64,000 nt of DNA from Blastocladiella emersonii ATCC 22665 (taxonomy: Eukaryota > Fungi > Blastocladiomycota): assembly GCA_025594325.1 (NCBI GenBank), contig JANHCV010000005.1, forward strand, positions 930,001-994,000, written 5' to 3'. Below the pieces are notes generated by a model. The model made no database searches, was not told where the DNA came from, and saw nothing but the letters and a program-made list of their open reading frames with translations. The translations under genes and the position numbers were made by a program. Shown here piece after piece: positions 36,963 through 48,997 of the stretch. Position 1 is the stretch's first letter, and each line of letters begins with the position of its first letter.

Positions 36963-38867
36963 ATGAGCGTGGCCATCACCAACACGCCCGTGACCCTCCC
37001 GCCCGTCCCCGGCGCGAACGGCGGCGCGGGCACGCCGCAGTGCACGATCCACCCCGTCGCGGGCTCCGTCGTGACGTGCCTGCGGTGCGCGACGCCGCTG
37101 CTGACGCCAGTCCCGCCAGGCGACCCGCTCGCGAGCCCGCACTACGCGCCGCACCGCGGCGGCGGCGGTGCCCCGCTGTCGTCGTTCACGCGGTGCCCGC
37201 GGTGCGGCGAGACGATCCCGTGCGGCGACACGGACCTGATGCGCCCGCTGCCGACGGCGCGCCTCGACCTCGAGCGGTGGCAGCTGCTGCCCGCTGTCGA
37301 CCTGACACGGATCGCGTCGCTGCCGCGGCCGAGTGCGGGCGGTGGTGGGAACGCTGCGGCAGGTGCGCCGATCACGCTCCGCGCGGGCCTCGTGCGCACG
37401 GCCGTCGTGTCGGCCGAGGCGTGGCGTACTGCGACGGTCGGGCCCGTCAACAAGTCGGCCGCGACGAGCAGCGGCGTGAACACGGGCACGTTGACGAGTA
37501 ACGGCGGGTCCACGTCGACGACGTCGGGCACGGGCGCGGCTGTCGGATCGGCTTCGGCGTCCAGCACCGTGTCGTCGTCGGTTCTCGCGGGCCTCAACCC
37601 GCCCGAGCCCGCGTGGATGCTCGCGGTCGCCGTCATTGACCAGAGCGTGCTCGTCGTGCACCCGCTGCGCGACGTTGGCGAGGTACTCCCTCTCACTACT
37701 CTCACTACCCCACCCTGCCCCCGCTCCACACTCACCCTCCACACCTCGATGTAGCCCCTCCACATCCTCCCGCTCGTCGAAGTCCGCATGGTCCCGTACG
37801 GACGGTTCCGCGCCAACAATACGCTGGGCCTGCTGATCCAGCCGCGCGACCTGATGGCGCACCCTTTGTCGGGGTTCGCCAACGAGCAGGTCGTCCTACT
37901 CGACGCCGACTCGCCGCGCGCCCGCCAGATGTGGGAGGAGAACATCTTTGCCGCGCTGTCGAGCGCGCGCCAGTCGTCCCACGCCGCCTCGCTGCACACG
38001 GCCGGCGGCGCGTCGCCGCGCGGGTCGCTGACGCCCGGCGGGCCCGCGGCGAACGCGGCGGCGCCGTTTTCAAGTCCACCGACGACGTCCGGGTCGGCCG
38101 CGCCCGCCCAGCAGCAGCAGGCGACCCCGCCGCCGCAACCCCCGTCGCAGCAGCCGCGCGGTCCTCCCCCGTCGCTCGGCATCTACGCCGACCTGGCGGC
38201 CCAAGCCGGCCCACCTCGCCTCACCCCCACCCCTGCCGCCGCCGCCGCCACCGCCGACGCGCACTCGCCGACGCAATCCACCTTCTCGACCGGCGGGACC
38301 CAGCTGGACGCGATGCTGAAAGCCTTCCTGCTGGGCCACCCGGTGCCCGTTCCCGCGCGCTCGAGCCCCGTGGCGATGCCGCGCGAGACGAGCGGCGGCG
38401 CCCACAGCCACCTGGGTGCCGCGTCGCACGTCAGCTTCGGCGCCAGCGCGCTGTCGGTCGGGACCACGCTGTCGAGGTCGGGACCGCGCAGCGACCGCGT
38501 GCTGGCGCTGATGCGCGCGCGGAGCGCCGCCCCCACGGCGTCGAGTAAAGGGAAGCGGAGCGGGAAGAAGCCGGCGGCGGGGGCTGCGGCCCTCCTCGCA
38601 CTCCCCGGCGCGCCCATGGTCGCGTCGCTCGGGTCAGGGACTTTCAAGTCGTCGGCGAGCGAGCCAGGCACCGCGACAACAGCCGCGGGCGACGAGGACC
38701 CGCTCGCGCCGCTGCTCGGCGTGCTGCGCGACGTGTACCCGGAGCTCGAGATGGGCCGGCTGAGTCTGCGGCCGCGGCCCGTGCCGACCCCGGCCGCGGC
38801 GGCGGCGGCGGCAGCGGAGGGGCCGGCGTACACGGCGGTGGTGGTGGAGAGCGAGATCGGGTTCTGA
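36963..38867 (+). CDS. Hypothetical protein with CxxC-CxxC zinc-ribbon-like motif and PH-like domain
   Basis: CLRC...CPRC; LRAGLVR...WMLAVAVID...LDADSPRARQMWEENI (PH-like strands and terminal Trp helix); intron about 37684-37753. Confidence 0.6.
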
Positions 38868-38908
38868 AATAACGAAATTCATTGGTTGTTGGTTCACATG
38901 GCGCGACG

Positions 38909-39583
38909 TTACTGCGCGGCCGGTGGCGCGGACCCGTTGGCGGGCGCGGCAGAGGTAGCAGCAGCCGCGGCAGCAGCAGCAGCGGCAGAGGAGGGAGAGG
39001 AGGCAGCGGGCGCGGCGGGCTTGTCGACGCGTGCCGCGTTCTTGAGCAGGAATAGGCCGAGGTACTCGCACGGGTTTGGTGGGCTAGGTACACAGGAGTC
39101 AGTTCCGGTGCGTACGTGGGGAGAGCAAACGCGCGTACCGCTCGCGCACAATCGCCTTCATGCCCTCGAGCAGGATCGGGACGACCGTCTGGTCGAGGTA
39201 CGACCGCACGGGCAGGCCCTGCAGAAAGTCTTTGTTGGCCTCGAGGATCGCGCGTTTCTCCTGCTCAAAGATCTCCTACACGCCGCCATCATCATCGTCA
39301 GCACTACCACCGCTTCTCACGGTACGCCTGACGTACGTCAACGGTGCGGATCTCGACGCCAAACGGGTGCGCCTGCTCGGGCGCCGCGGCAGAGGAAGCG
39401 CCCGGGAGGAGCTCAATGGGCGTCGCCATGCTGGCGTTGGGCGCGGGCTCGGCATTGGGCGCGTCGACGTGCATGGCGTCGCGGTTGGCGGCGGCTACAC
39501 GGCGCGGACGCGGCGGTCGGTTGTCGGCTTCATGGGATCGGGGCAGGCGCAGGTTGCATGCACTTACGGTTGGTAGCGTCCAT
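38909..39583 (-). CDS. DPY30: Dpy-30/Sdc1 COMPASS subunit
   Basis: Spliced reading gives [41 protein letters not shown]; three GT-AG introns. Confidence 0.92.
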
Positions 39584-39787
39584 GGTAGCGTGGTTTGTTG
39601 GCAGTGGCCGGGGAGAGGGAGGTCGGCGCGCTCGAGACGGGGCGGTCGCTCTGCTCCGGTCGGGTCAGCTGGGACGCGTCGCGCTCCTCCTCTCTTCCCT
39701 CGATCTCGAAAGGATGTGTTTGTATACTACAGGGCTCCTATATATTTGTTGTGGTCGAGCAAAATAAACACATCTCCAAACACCTCC

Positions 39788-41850
39788 TTACGCCTTGAGC
39801 GACGCCGCGAGCGTGGCCGCGCCCTTGAACTCGGACGCCTCGATGGCGGGGAGCACGTTCTTGAGGATCTTGCGGACCTCGGCCTTGACGTCGGCGTCGT
39901 CGGGCTCGGCGAGGGCGAGCGCGACGAAGGCGCCCTCGGACGTGGCGAGGGCGCGGACGAGGTCGGCGCCGCCGACCTTGAGGATGGTCCGGGCGACGAG
40001 GTTGGCGGCGTTGCGGGTCGACTCGGCGATAGCGGCGTGGCCCTCCTCGCCGAACCCCTCCTTGGCGGCGGCCTTGGCCTGGTTCTTGGCCCACTGCGCG
40101 TGGTACTGGATCATGGACTTGGTGTGGCGGAGCAGGGTGCCGTCGCGCTCGCCGGCGACGAGGGCGTCGGCGATGACGGTAGCGAGCTGGGTGCGCTGCT
40201 CGTCGGACGCCGCGGCGCGGATCACCACCTCGATGGCGAAGGTGCCCGTCTCGGGGTCCTTGAGCAGGCCGAGCAGCGTGGCGGCCTCGGTCTCGGGGTC
40301 CTCGGCGAGCACCGCCTTGAGCAGGGGCTTGGACACGGCGGCGAGCACCTCCGAGTACCGGCGGAACGGGTCCTTCTTGCCCGCGGCCTTGAGCTGGTCG
40401 AGGATCACGGGCGCAAAGTGGCGCGTCGAGGGCCCGACGAGCGCGAACAGGACCACCTTGCGGAAGTACTTGGACTGCGTGAGGCGGCTCATGTCCATCT
40501 CCTTGACCACCGCGTCCTCGGTGAGCTTGGTATCGTCGACCGAGCTCAGGAACTGGAGCAGCACCCAGTGGCCGTACTCCTCCTCGCCGATCTTCATCAC
40601 GTACGACTTGAACGACTTGGCAATGGTCTTCCGGTCCTTGGCCGTGGCGTGCGCGAGCGCGCGGATCGCGATCATGGCGCCCTCCTTGTTGTGCAGGATC
40701 GCGACGAGCTCCGGGTGCAGCGACTCGAACAGCTCCGTCTTGTCCGAGTCGGACGCGTGGTCGATGAAGTCGAGCGCCGCGCGCTGCACGAGCGTCAGGT
40801 CACCCAAAATCCCCTTGGTCACGACCGGGTTGATGACCGACTTGAGGTTGTACAGGACCTGCTTCTTGTCGAGCTCACCCGCCTCGAGCATCTGGGAGAG
40901 CGGCGTCTCGGTCTTGAACGTGGCGAACTTGGGGTGGTACATTTCCTGCACCATGTGGTACCGCTCCTTGGCGTTGCAGTAGTCGTTGTAGATGGTCTCG
41001 AGCACGTACGACGAGATGAGGTGCTTGACGTTGGTGGCGACGGCGCCGCGGAACTCGCCCGTGATGGGCGCGCGCAGCGAGGGGGTGTACTTGAGGAACC
41101 GCTGGATGATGAACCGGCCGTACATGGACCGGCTGAGCTCGACGAAGCGGCCCTTGAGCTCGCCCGCGATGGCGACGCGCTGGGCCTCGTTGCCGTACTT
41201 GACCATGCACTGCACGATGCGCGACGCGTCGCGCTTGAAGATCAGGTCCGTGATGTTGCCCTTGACCGCCTCCATCATGCGCGCCATGAGGTCCGTGCGC
41301 TCCGCCTCGGGCAGGTCGATGCGCCGCAGCTTCTCCCACTGCTTCTTGAGCGCCTGCACCAGCGGGAACACGGGGTCGCGCGCCTTGCGCAGCTGCTTGA
41401 AGTTGTCCTCGTTCTGCTTGCGGCGCGCCTCACGCTGCGCCTCTACATTCGCGCGTGTGAGCGGTCGTGTGCTCGCATTGCGTCACGTAGCGACGACGTA
41501 CCAGGATCACGCGCCGCACGCGCGGCCTGCGCGGGCGTCTTGTCGGCGTCCTCGTCCATGGGCTCATCCTCACCCTCCTCCGCCTCGCCGCCGTTGACGG
41601 CCGCAAAGTCCTTGGCGGCCTGAGCATCGAGCTCGTCCCAGTCGCCGTCCTCGTCGTCGGACGCGGCGGCCGCGACGCGGGACTGGATGAGCGCCTTCTT
41701 CTTCTCAGCGGCTGGCTTCATGGCCGCGGCAGCCGCGGGCGCAGCAGCCGGCTTCTTGCCAGCGCCAGCGTTCTGCGGCTTGGCCGAGTTCGGGCGCGGC
41801 TTCTTGGCCTTGCGGTCGTCGGACTGGTTGGTGCGTTTTGGTGGGGCCAT
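39788..41850 (-). CDS. PUF6: Pumilio-repeat nucleolar protein Puf6/PUM3
   Basis: KKQWEKLRR, LIFKRDASRIVQCMVKYG, ILHNKEGA, ERKTIAKSFK-like segment, VDDTKL; basic/acidic N-terminus; one intron. Confidence 0.92.
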
Positions 41851-42070
41851 TGCAGTAGGTGCCGTGTGTGGATGCGATTTCTTTCGCTATGCGCCACGAT
41901 CAGGTCGTTGGCGGCATACGCGCGCGCCGCGACGCGCGGTGGCGAGGGCGCGGCGGGGTCGCTGCAAGGTGGTTTGATGTGTACGCGTGTCCCGTGACCG
42001 CGATGGGACCCGTTGCCATGCGGGCGTGAGTCAGAGGCTTCGCGTCGCAAAGTGGAGAAGGGTATTTACA

Positions 42071-42934
42071 TTAATCGGCATCAGCAAAGTCACTATCCAT
42101 GTCGGCCGTCAGAATGCCCTCGCCGGGCAACGGGTCGCGCGCGGGTCGCGGCGCCCGCTGCCGCTTGACCGGCGGCCGCTGGTGATGATGGACCGCGACC
42201 GACGCGTCAGGGGGCACGTTGGTTTCAAGGTTCCCGATACACACGACGCACTCGAGCTCGGGCCTGCGCTCGAGGACGGCGGCGAGGCGCGGGAAGTACC
42301 GGTCGAGCAGCGGCGCGGCCGCGGGGCCCACCAGCATGCGCGTGGTGGTGAAGGCGAAGACGGGGTCGCGCCCCGCGGCTGCGGCAGCGCGCGCGGGCGG
42401 CATCACGACCATGTCCGGGTAGTCGAGCGTCAGGTCAATCGCGTCGCTCGGCGCCTTGAGCAGGCTCGGGACCGTCCACTGCGCGTCGGAAGCGTCGCTT
42501 AGCGTCACGTCGTAGAAGTCGAGCGGAGACTTGCGCGGCTGCTCCTCCTCGTCGGCTTCGGCATCGTCGGTCTCGTGGTCGTGGTCGTGTTCACCCTCGT
42601 CATCGTCGTCGTGCTGGTGGTCGTGCGAGCGCATGGACGAGTCGACGCAGCACGAGTGCACGTCGGGCGGGTCGGCCGCGCGCTTGGCGACGAGCGTCCA
42701 CGCGCCGCGCGGGAGCCGCCGCGTCGACGCACTCGGGACCGACTCCCCGTCCTCGTCATCGCAACCACCCGACCCATCCTCCTCATCATCTTGCGACGAC
42801 GGCGCGAGCGTGTGCGCGCCGATGAGGACGTGGCCTTGGATCGCGTCGACGGGCGCGAGGACGTGCGCGAGGATCGCGGGCGCCTGCAGCGTGTGTTCCG
42901 AGGCGGGCGGGGTCGTTGCGGGTGCCGTCATCAT
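42071..42934 (-). CDS. Hypothetical protein with His/Asp-rich tract, intronless
   Basis: Open frame with host-like codon bias; segment HSCC...HDHQHDDDDEGEHDHDHE. Confidence 0.6.
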   Translation of the reverse strand: MMTAPATTPPASEHTLQAPAILAHVLAPVDAIQGHVLIGAHTLAPSSQDDEEDGSGGCDDEDGESVPSASTRRLPRGAWTLVAKRAADPPDVHSCCVDSSMRSHDHQHDDDDEGEHDHDHETDDAEADEEEQPRKSPLDFYDVTLSDASDAQWTVPSLLKAPSDAIDLTLDYPDMVVMPPARAAAAAGRDPVFAFTTTRMLVGPAAAPLLDRYFPRLAAVLERRPELECVVCIGNLETNVPPDASVAVHHHQRPPVKRQRAPRPARDPLPGEGILTADMDSDFADAD

Positions 42935-43280
42935 GGCAGGCGATACATTTCTTGGCGAGATGATGGAGAGAGAGGAGAGGACGAAGCGACGAGACGTGTC
43001 TCCCAGCTGCGCGCCGGCGTCACGTTGGGATCGGCGATGCGTCAACACGCACGGCGTGTCTCCCGCTCCGCCTCATGCAGCAGCCAGCGGACATCGCGAC
43101 ATCCGACCTCGCTGCTGCGCCATCGCATCGCCGTGTCTTCCTGCAACGCGCCGGCCTTGGGATCCCCTCTCTCGCTTGACCCGCTTCATCGCACCACTCG
43201 TTGATTGGTAAGCAGCTCATGGACTACGACGCCCCCCTCTTTCTCGCCCAGCACTCACCTCCTCACACTCACAGTCCACC

Positions 43281-43565
43281 ATGGGTAACGTTGCCTCGAC
43301 CCCGTCCGCTGGCGCCGGCGCCGGCTCTTCGACCACCCCATCGTCGCGGCCGTACGACCACCTGTTCGAAAAAAAGTACGTCGGGTACAACGAGAACGGC
43401 AAGCCGGTCGGCCCCGAGGGCCAGGTGTACAAGCCGTGCTGCGTGTGCCCCGACACCAAGCGCGAGCGCGACGAGTGCGTGCTTGTCAACGGCGAGGAGA
43501 ACTGCAAGGAGTTTATCGAGAAGCACCGCGCGTGTCTGCGGAGCTACGGCTTCGACCCCAAGTAG
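43281..43565 (+). CDS. COX17: Mitochondrial copper chaperone Cox17
   Basis: KPCCVCPDTKRERDECVLVNGEENCKEFIEKHRACLRSYGF (CC motif plus twin CX9C). Confidence 0.95.
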   Translation: MGNVASTPSAGAGAGSSTTPSSRPYDHLFEKKYVGYNENGKPVGPEGQVYKPCCVCPDTKRERDECVLVNGEENCKEFIEKHRACLRSYGFDPK

Positions 43566-43699
43566 GTTAGTTGTCTCTGTATGAATGAATAGATCTCTTT
43601 CCCTCTCACGCGCGAGCAAGGATGGACGGACACACAGAGAACGAATGCCATTGATGATCATGTACACTGCGCCAGCGCGCACGCGCACGCGTGGACACC

Positions 43700-44428
43700 T
43701 TAGTTGATCTTGAGGAGCTCGACCTCGAACACGAGCGTGGCGTTGGGGGGGATGAGGCCGGGGACACCGCGGGGGCCGTACGCGTAGTCGCCGGTGATGG
43801 TGAGGCTACACACAACACGTTCCGCAAACCGTCAGCTTGCCGTCTCTCGTCCACCGAGCCCACCACGACGAAGCAGACGTACCGGGCAACCTCGCCAACC
43901 GACATCTGGGGGACACCCTCGTCCCAGCCGCGGATGACGCGGCCGACGCCGATGGCCGTCTGGAAGGGCTGGCCGCGGTCGCGCGACGAGTCGAACTTCT
44001 TGCCGTCACCGGCCAGAGTTCCGATGTAGTGCATGGTGCAGTTGTCGCCCTAGAGAGATCGATCACGAACGCGTGCGCGCGTCAGATTCGATCCTCGCGA
44101 ACGGGCGTGGGAAGCGCGAGGACGCACCTTCTTGGGGAAGTTGACACCGTCGCCGGCCTAGACAGCGTGGGGAAGCGGCGCGAATCCGCGACGTGCGTGC
44201 GTGAGTTGACATGGCCGTGAGACGCGTCGTCGCCGTCCTCCTCTCCCTCCTCGCAACGACCGCAGCGCATGGCGGCGCGACGGGAGAGGAGGAGCGGGCA
44301 GGCAGGGACGGAAGTGGGGGTCCCACCTTGAGGGTCTCCTTGGTAACGCCCATGTTGATAGCAGAGTTGGTGAACGAACGAGCGATCGAGCTGCGCAGGA
44401 GAGCGGGGCGGGCGAGGGTGCGGAGCAT
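43700..44428 (-). CDS. FPR1: FKBP12-type peptidyl-prolyl isomerase with N-terminal presequence
   Basis: [76 protein letters not shown]; three introns. Confidence 0.95.
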
Positions 44429-44711
44429 GGTATTTATCGGCGCGGGGGAGGGGAGCGTGCGTGGGGGGAGCGAGCGGGGCCGAGGGGGACCGCGCGCTTC
44501 GAGTGGGTCGGCCGGCCGGCTGCGAAGGGAACGGAACCGGGCGCAAAACGCGCACACGTGAGCTGGCGGCTTCCATTTCGGCGCTAACCGTGTACCGCGG
44601 ATGCCCAAGGGAATAGCGTGGGGAGGGCAAGGAATATATCATATCACGGCAACGCATCAATCAGGGGCAAGCAGGGACAATCCGACGAGGTCTTCGAGGT
44701 CGGACTTGAAC

Positions 44712-45417
44712 TTACTGGGGCTTCTGCTTGAAGGCGTAGTCCCACTGGCCAGCGGGCGCGGGGGTCTCGAGGGGCTCCCAGGCCTTGAGCTCGGCGAGCT
44801 TGTCGACGAGCGAGTTCTCGGCCTCGGCCTGCTTGACGACCCACTCGATGGGGCCCTCGCCGAGCTTGGCCTCGAGCTCGGCCACGTTCTCCTCGGCCTG
44901 CACCAGCTCGAACCGCTCGCGCGTCAGCGACGTGGTCGCCTGGCGGTACGCGTAGTCGGCCGGCAGCTTGTCGAGCTTCTTGAGCGTCGACTCGTAGATG
45001 TCGAGCAGCGCGCCGCGCGGGTTCGGGTGCGGCGCCAGACCGGTGAACCCGGTGTGGGTCTGCGGTTACGGGTAACATCAATCGCGTCGGCGGGATGCGC
45101 GAAGAGCGCGAGGATAGACAAGGGGATCGTCGTCGTCGTAGCGGTGAGCGTCGGACGACTTCACACGGACCAGCAGACAGGGCACCGGCGGGACACGCGG
45201 GCACGCGGGCGGCGAGCAGACGGACGAACGAGGGCCACAGGCTCACATCCATCGTGGTAATTGTCGATACATGGTGTTGGGTTCGCGCGTGTGGACGTGT
45301 GTGTGCGCCTGCTCCCATCGCCCGCGCCGCGGTGCGTGTCGTCCGCCGGTGCCCCCGCCACATCGAGGGACCCCGGCATACCTTGACCGCCTGCATCAGA
45401 GGACGAAAGAACCGCAT
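44712..45417 (-). CDS. NDUFA5: Complex I accessory subunit NDUFA5 (NUFM)
   Basis: [15 protein letters not shown]...[11 protein letters not shown]...[13 protein letters not shown]...KAWEPL...PAGQW; introns. Confidence 0.9.
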
Positions 45418-45637
45418 GTTTCAATAAGATCCGTGGTGGGCAGGCTCTCACGGCGTGCTGCGTTGCAAGACTTTGCATCGGCGGAGACGGCGGCGCCCCG
45501 ATGGCCGAGGGCCTCGACAACAGCGCTCGCGAGCATCACGTGTGGGCCTCGATGCGCGACGAGCGCGACGTTCCCCGCCCTCGCATTGCACACGCATCCC
45601 GGGAAAAGCGAATTCGGACTCGGTGCAACGTGCTCGA

Positions 45638-46080
45638 ATGCCCATCAAGCTCACGCTCAACTTCAGGTGGGGCCGGGCGGCCATGGACGCGGGGCGACCG
45701 GCACTGACCACCGGCGACGTAGTGGGGGCATGGAGCTCCTGTTCGGCGGGGTCAAGACGACCAAGGTCGAGGTGCCGCTGTCCGAGGGCGCGGCGACGAT
45801 CCGCGACCTGCTGCCGTGGGTGCGCGACAACCTGCTGACCGAGCGCGCCGAGCTGTTCATGGACGACGAGAGCGTGTACGCTACGCTACGCGCTGCGCCA
45901 CCCGCTGCCGCGACCACCGCCCTCCCCTCTCCTCACCTCACACTCCCCACGCGCGCGTGTAGCCGACCCGGCATCCTCGTGCTCATCAACGAAGCCGACT
46001 GGGAGCTCGAGGGCGAGCTCGACTACGTGCTCGCGCAGGGCGACGACATTGTGTTCATCTCGACGCTGCACGGCGGCTAA
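45638..46080 (+). CDS. URM1: Ubiquitin-related modifier 1
   Basis: [52 protein letters not shown]-stop; two introns. Confidence 0.97.
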
Positions 46081-46355
46081 GCGTGCCGTTCCCCCCGCTC
46101 CATAATGTGATCTAGGTTCCTTGCTCCACACCCTCGCTGTCTCGGCCTTCGTCCTCAGGCTCAGACCGCGCGCCCATGTCTCACCCTACTCTCGCGGCCC
46201 GTGGCCCTGCCGCTGGCTCCACATGAGCGCGGCCGGTCTCATCTCGCCCGCTCGCATCCTCCCTCCCTCCTCTCCCCCGCTTCCTCATCGTACCACAAGT
46301 CATTCAACCCGCCTGTATCGCGCCGCTGCCTCCCTCCCTTCATCCTCGCGTCGCC

Positions 46356-48957
46356 ATGCTACACTCTGCCCGCCCGCCGCCGCACCTCGATCCGCCGCGC
46401 GGCCCGCCCGTGCTCGTGGCCGAGCGCCCGCACGTCGCGCCGCCGGCGCTCGCCATGCCGACGTCGTCGCCGCCGATGCTGACCGAGGCCGTCGTCAAGC
46501 ACCCCGTACTCGTCTCATCGCGCCGCGCCGTTGCGTCGTGCGACACTAACGCGGACCGCCGCCGCCGACCAGGTCTCTGACGAGAACAGCCTCAGCGCGC
46601 TGCAGCAGCTCATGCTGGCCGCCGTCTCGTGCATCACCTACGTCCGGTACGCGTCACGCCATTGGGCCGCGTGTGTCCGACCAGTCGCTCACGCTCGCAC
46701 GCGCGAACGAGTGTAGCGGGCTGCTGCCCGAGGACCAGTACAAGTCGCGCGCGATCGGCACCATGTCGCTCAAGTTCCTGCGCCGCGGCATGTCCGAGAC
46801 GACCGACCGGCTGCTCAACGTACGCGCTCCCCGCTCGTCGCCGCGCGTCCGCCTGCCGTACCCGAGTCACTGACCCGCCTCACGCCGCGCGACGCGTAGA
46901 CGTTCGAGCACGGCGTTTTCGACGCGCTGCAGCGGCGGTACCTGCGGACCGTGACGGTAGCCATCATCCCGCGGCGCGACGAGCCGCACCGGATCCTGGA
47001 GTGCTACCGGTTCTCGATCGACTACCCGAGCGACGACGCGCGGGTGACGGCCGAGATCTTCACGCAGGACCGGGCCGACCCGCGCGAGCTGGCGCGCGTG
47101 CAGTGCGTGACGCTGGCCGACGTGGCGCGCCAGACGCTGCGCATGATGCGCGCGCTCGTCATGATGCTGCAGTCGCTGACGGACCTGCCGGCGCAGTGTT
47201 TTCTGGACGTGCACCTCGAGTATTTCGACGACGTGACGCCGCCCGACTACGAGCCGCCGTACTTCCGCCCCGCCGACTTCGTCCCGCAGCTCGTGACGCC
47301 CGCCCGCGTCCACTGCCACCTCGGCAGCATCCACACGCCGCACCACCGGCTCGCCCTCGACGTCGAGTCGACGCGCGACCAGGACACGTCCGACAGCGGG
47401 CTCGCGCCGGTCCCCGCCGTCACGTCGTCGTCGATCCCGGCCATCTCGCAGCCGCCTACGCAGCCGCAGCCGCAGCAGATCCTCCCGCCGTCGCTCCCGC
47501 TCCCGACCGCAACGGGCCCAACCGCGACGGGCACGACGACATCGACGGACCACGTCGACTGCGTGTGCGGGCACAACGAGAACGACAACGGCATGGTGCA
47601 GTGCGAGGGGTGCAAGTCGTGGTCGCACGTCGTGTGCTGGGGCTACTTCCACGGCAACGACCCGCGGTGCCTCAACGCCGACTTTGCGTGCCACCGGTGC
47701 CGCGTCGACGTGTCGCCCGGCATGTACGACAAGCTGCGCGACCTCGCTCTCGTGCGCACCGCCATCTCGGTCACGTGGAACGAGATCCCCGCCGTGGAGG
47801 CTTCGGGCGACGAGGAGGGCGGCGGCGGTGGGTCGCAGACTGACGCCCACGTCTGGAAGGATGGGCAGCTCGCGAGCCGCCTGTGTACGTTTCCCTCTCT
47901 CTCCCGTGGTCGCTCGCGCGAACCCGCAACTGACCCCGCTCCACGCCCCGCGACGCGTGTAGCCATCCCGCTCGACCGCGCGCGCGGCCTGCTGACGCGT
48001 CTCGTGGCCGAGCACATTGGGCGGTGGACGACGGGTCTGGCGACCGTGGCCGTGGCCAAGCGCGCGTCGCGCCGCACCAAGTTCGAGGTGCGCGTCGACA
48101 AGCACGAGCCGCTCGCCAAGTCGGCCGTGCGCTTCTACTTTGACCCGACGCTGCGCGAGCTGCCGCCGCTGCCCGCCCTCTCGACCACTTCCTCGTCGCA
48201 GTCGTCGTCGCAGGCCTCGTCGTCGTCGTCGAGCGAGGCAGCCGCGCATCCCCCGCCGCGGCCGCCGTCGGACCCCGTCCCCGGCACGGCCGTCGCGGCT
48301 GAACCGACGCCCACGGCGACGCCGGCGTCGGACTCGTCGGCCGACGAGTGGCTGCCCAACACGCAGCCGCCGCTGACACAGTCGGGGTACCCGGGCGCTA
48401 CCGCCTCGGCCTCGTCCCCCGGCCCGGCACCCACCCCGCTCGCCGCTGACGCGCCCGCGCCGACATCCTACTCGTCGCCGGGCGCGGCGTCGGAGGCGGC
48501 GTCCAAGTACTCGTGGTCGCAGCTGACGGGGATCGCGCCGACGCCGCTCGAGCCGACGTCGCGGCCGAGCACGAGCCGGCAGCCGTTCGAGCCGCCGGCG
48601 CCGCCGAGTCCGACGCTCTCGGCGCTGTTTGCCGGCAGCGCGGCGTCGCAGTCGCTCATGTACAAGCTCGAACAGGCGCAGTCCATGACGCAGACGCAGT
48701 ACCCGTCGCAGCCGTCGCAGGAGTCGACGCAGTCGACGCAGCCCATCGTGTACCGCAAGCCGACGCCATCGCAGCGGTCGCGCAAGCGCGCGCTCGTCGT
48801 CGACGACTCGGACTCCCAGGAGGCGCTCGCGAGCCAGCCGCCCGCGGCCGCTGCCGCGGTTGCCTCGCGTGGCGGAGCTGGCGGCGGGCGCGGCCGAGGT
48901 GTCGGGAAGCGCGCGCGGTACATGTCGGCGACGGACGCACCGCTCTCGCTCGTCTGA
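46356..48957 (+). CDS. HOP1: Meiotic HORMA-domain protein with PHD finger
   Basis: HORMA (AVSCITYVRGLLPE, GVFDALQRRYL, ILECYRFSIDY, YFDDVTPPDYEPPYF); PHD CVCG...MVQCEGCKSWSHVVC...CHRC; S/TQ-rich tail. Start could be 46356 or 46455. Confidence 0.88.
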
Positions 48958-48997
48958 TTTGTTGTATCCTAATACCATGTATCCGTTACGTTTCCCA

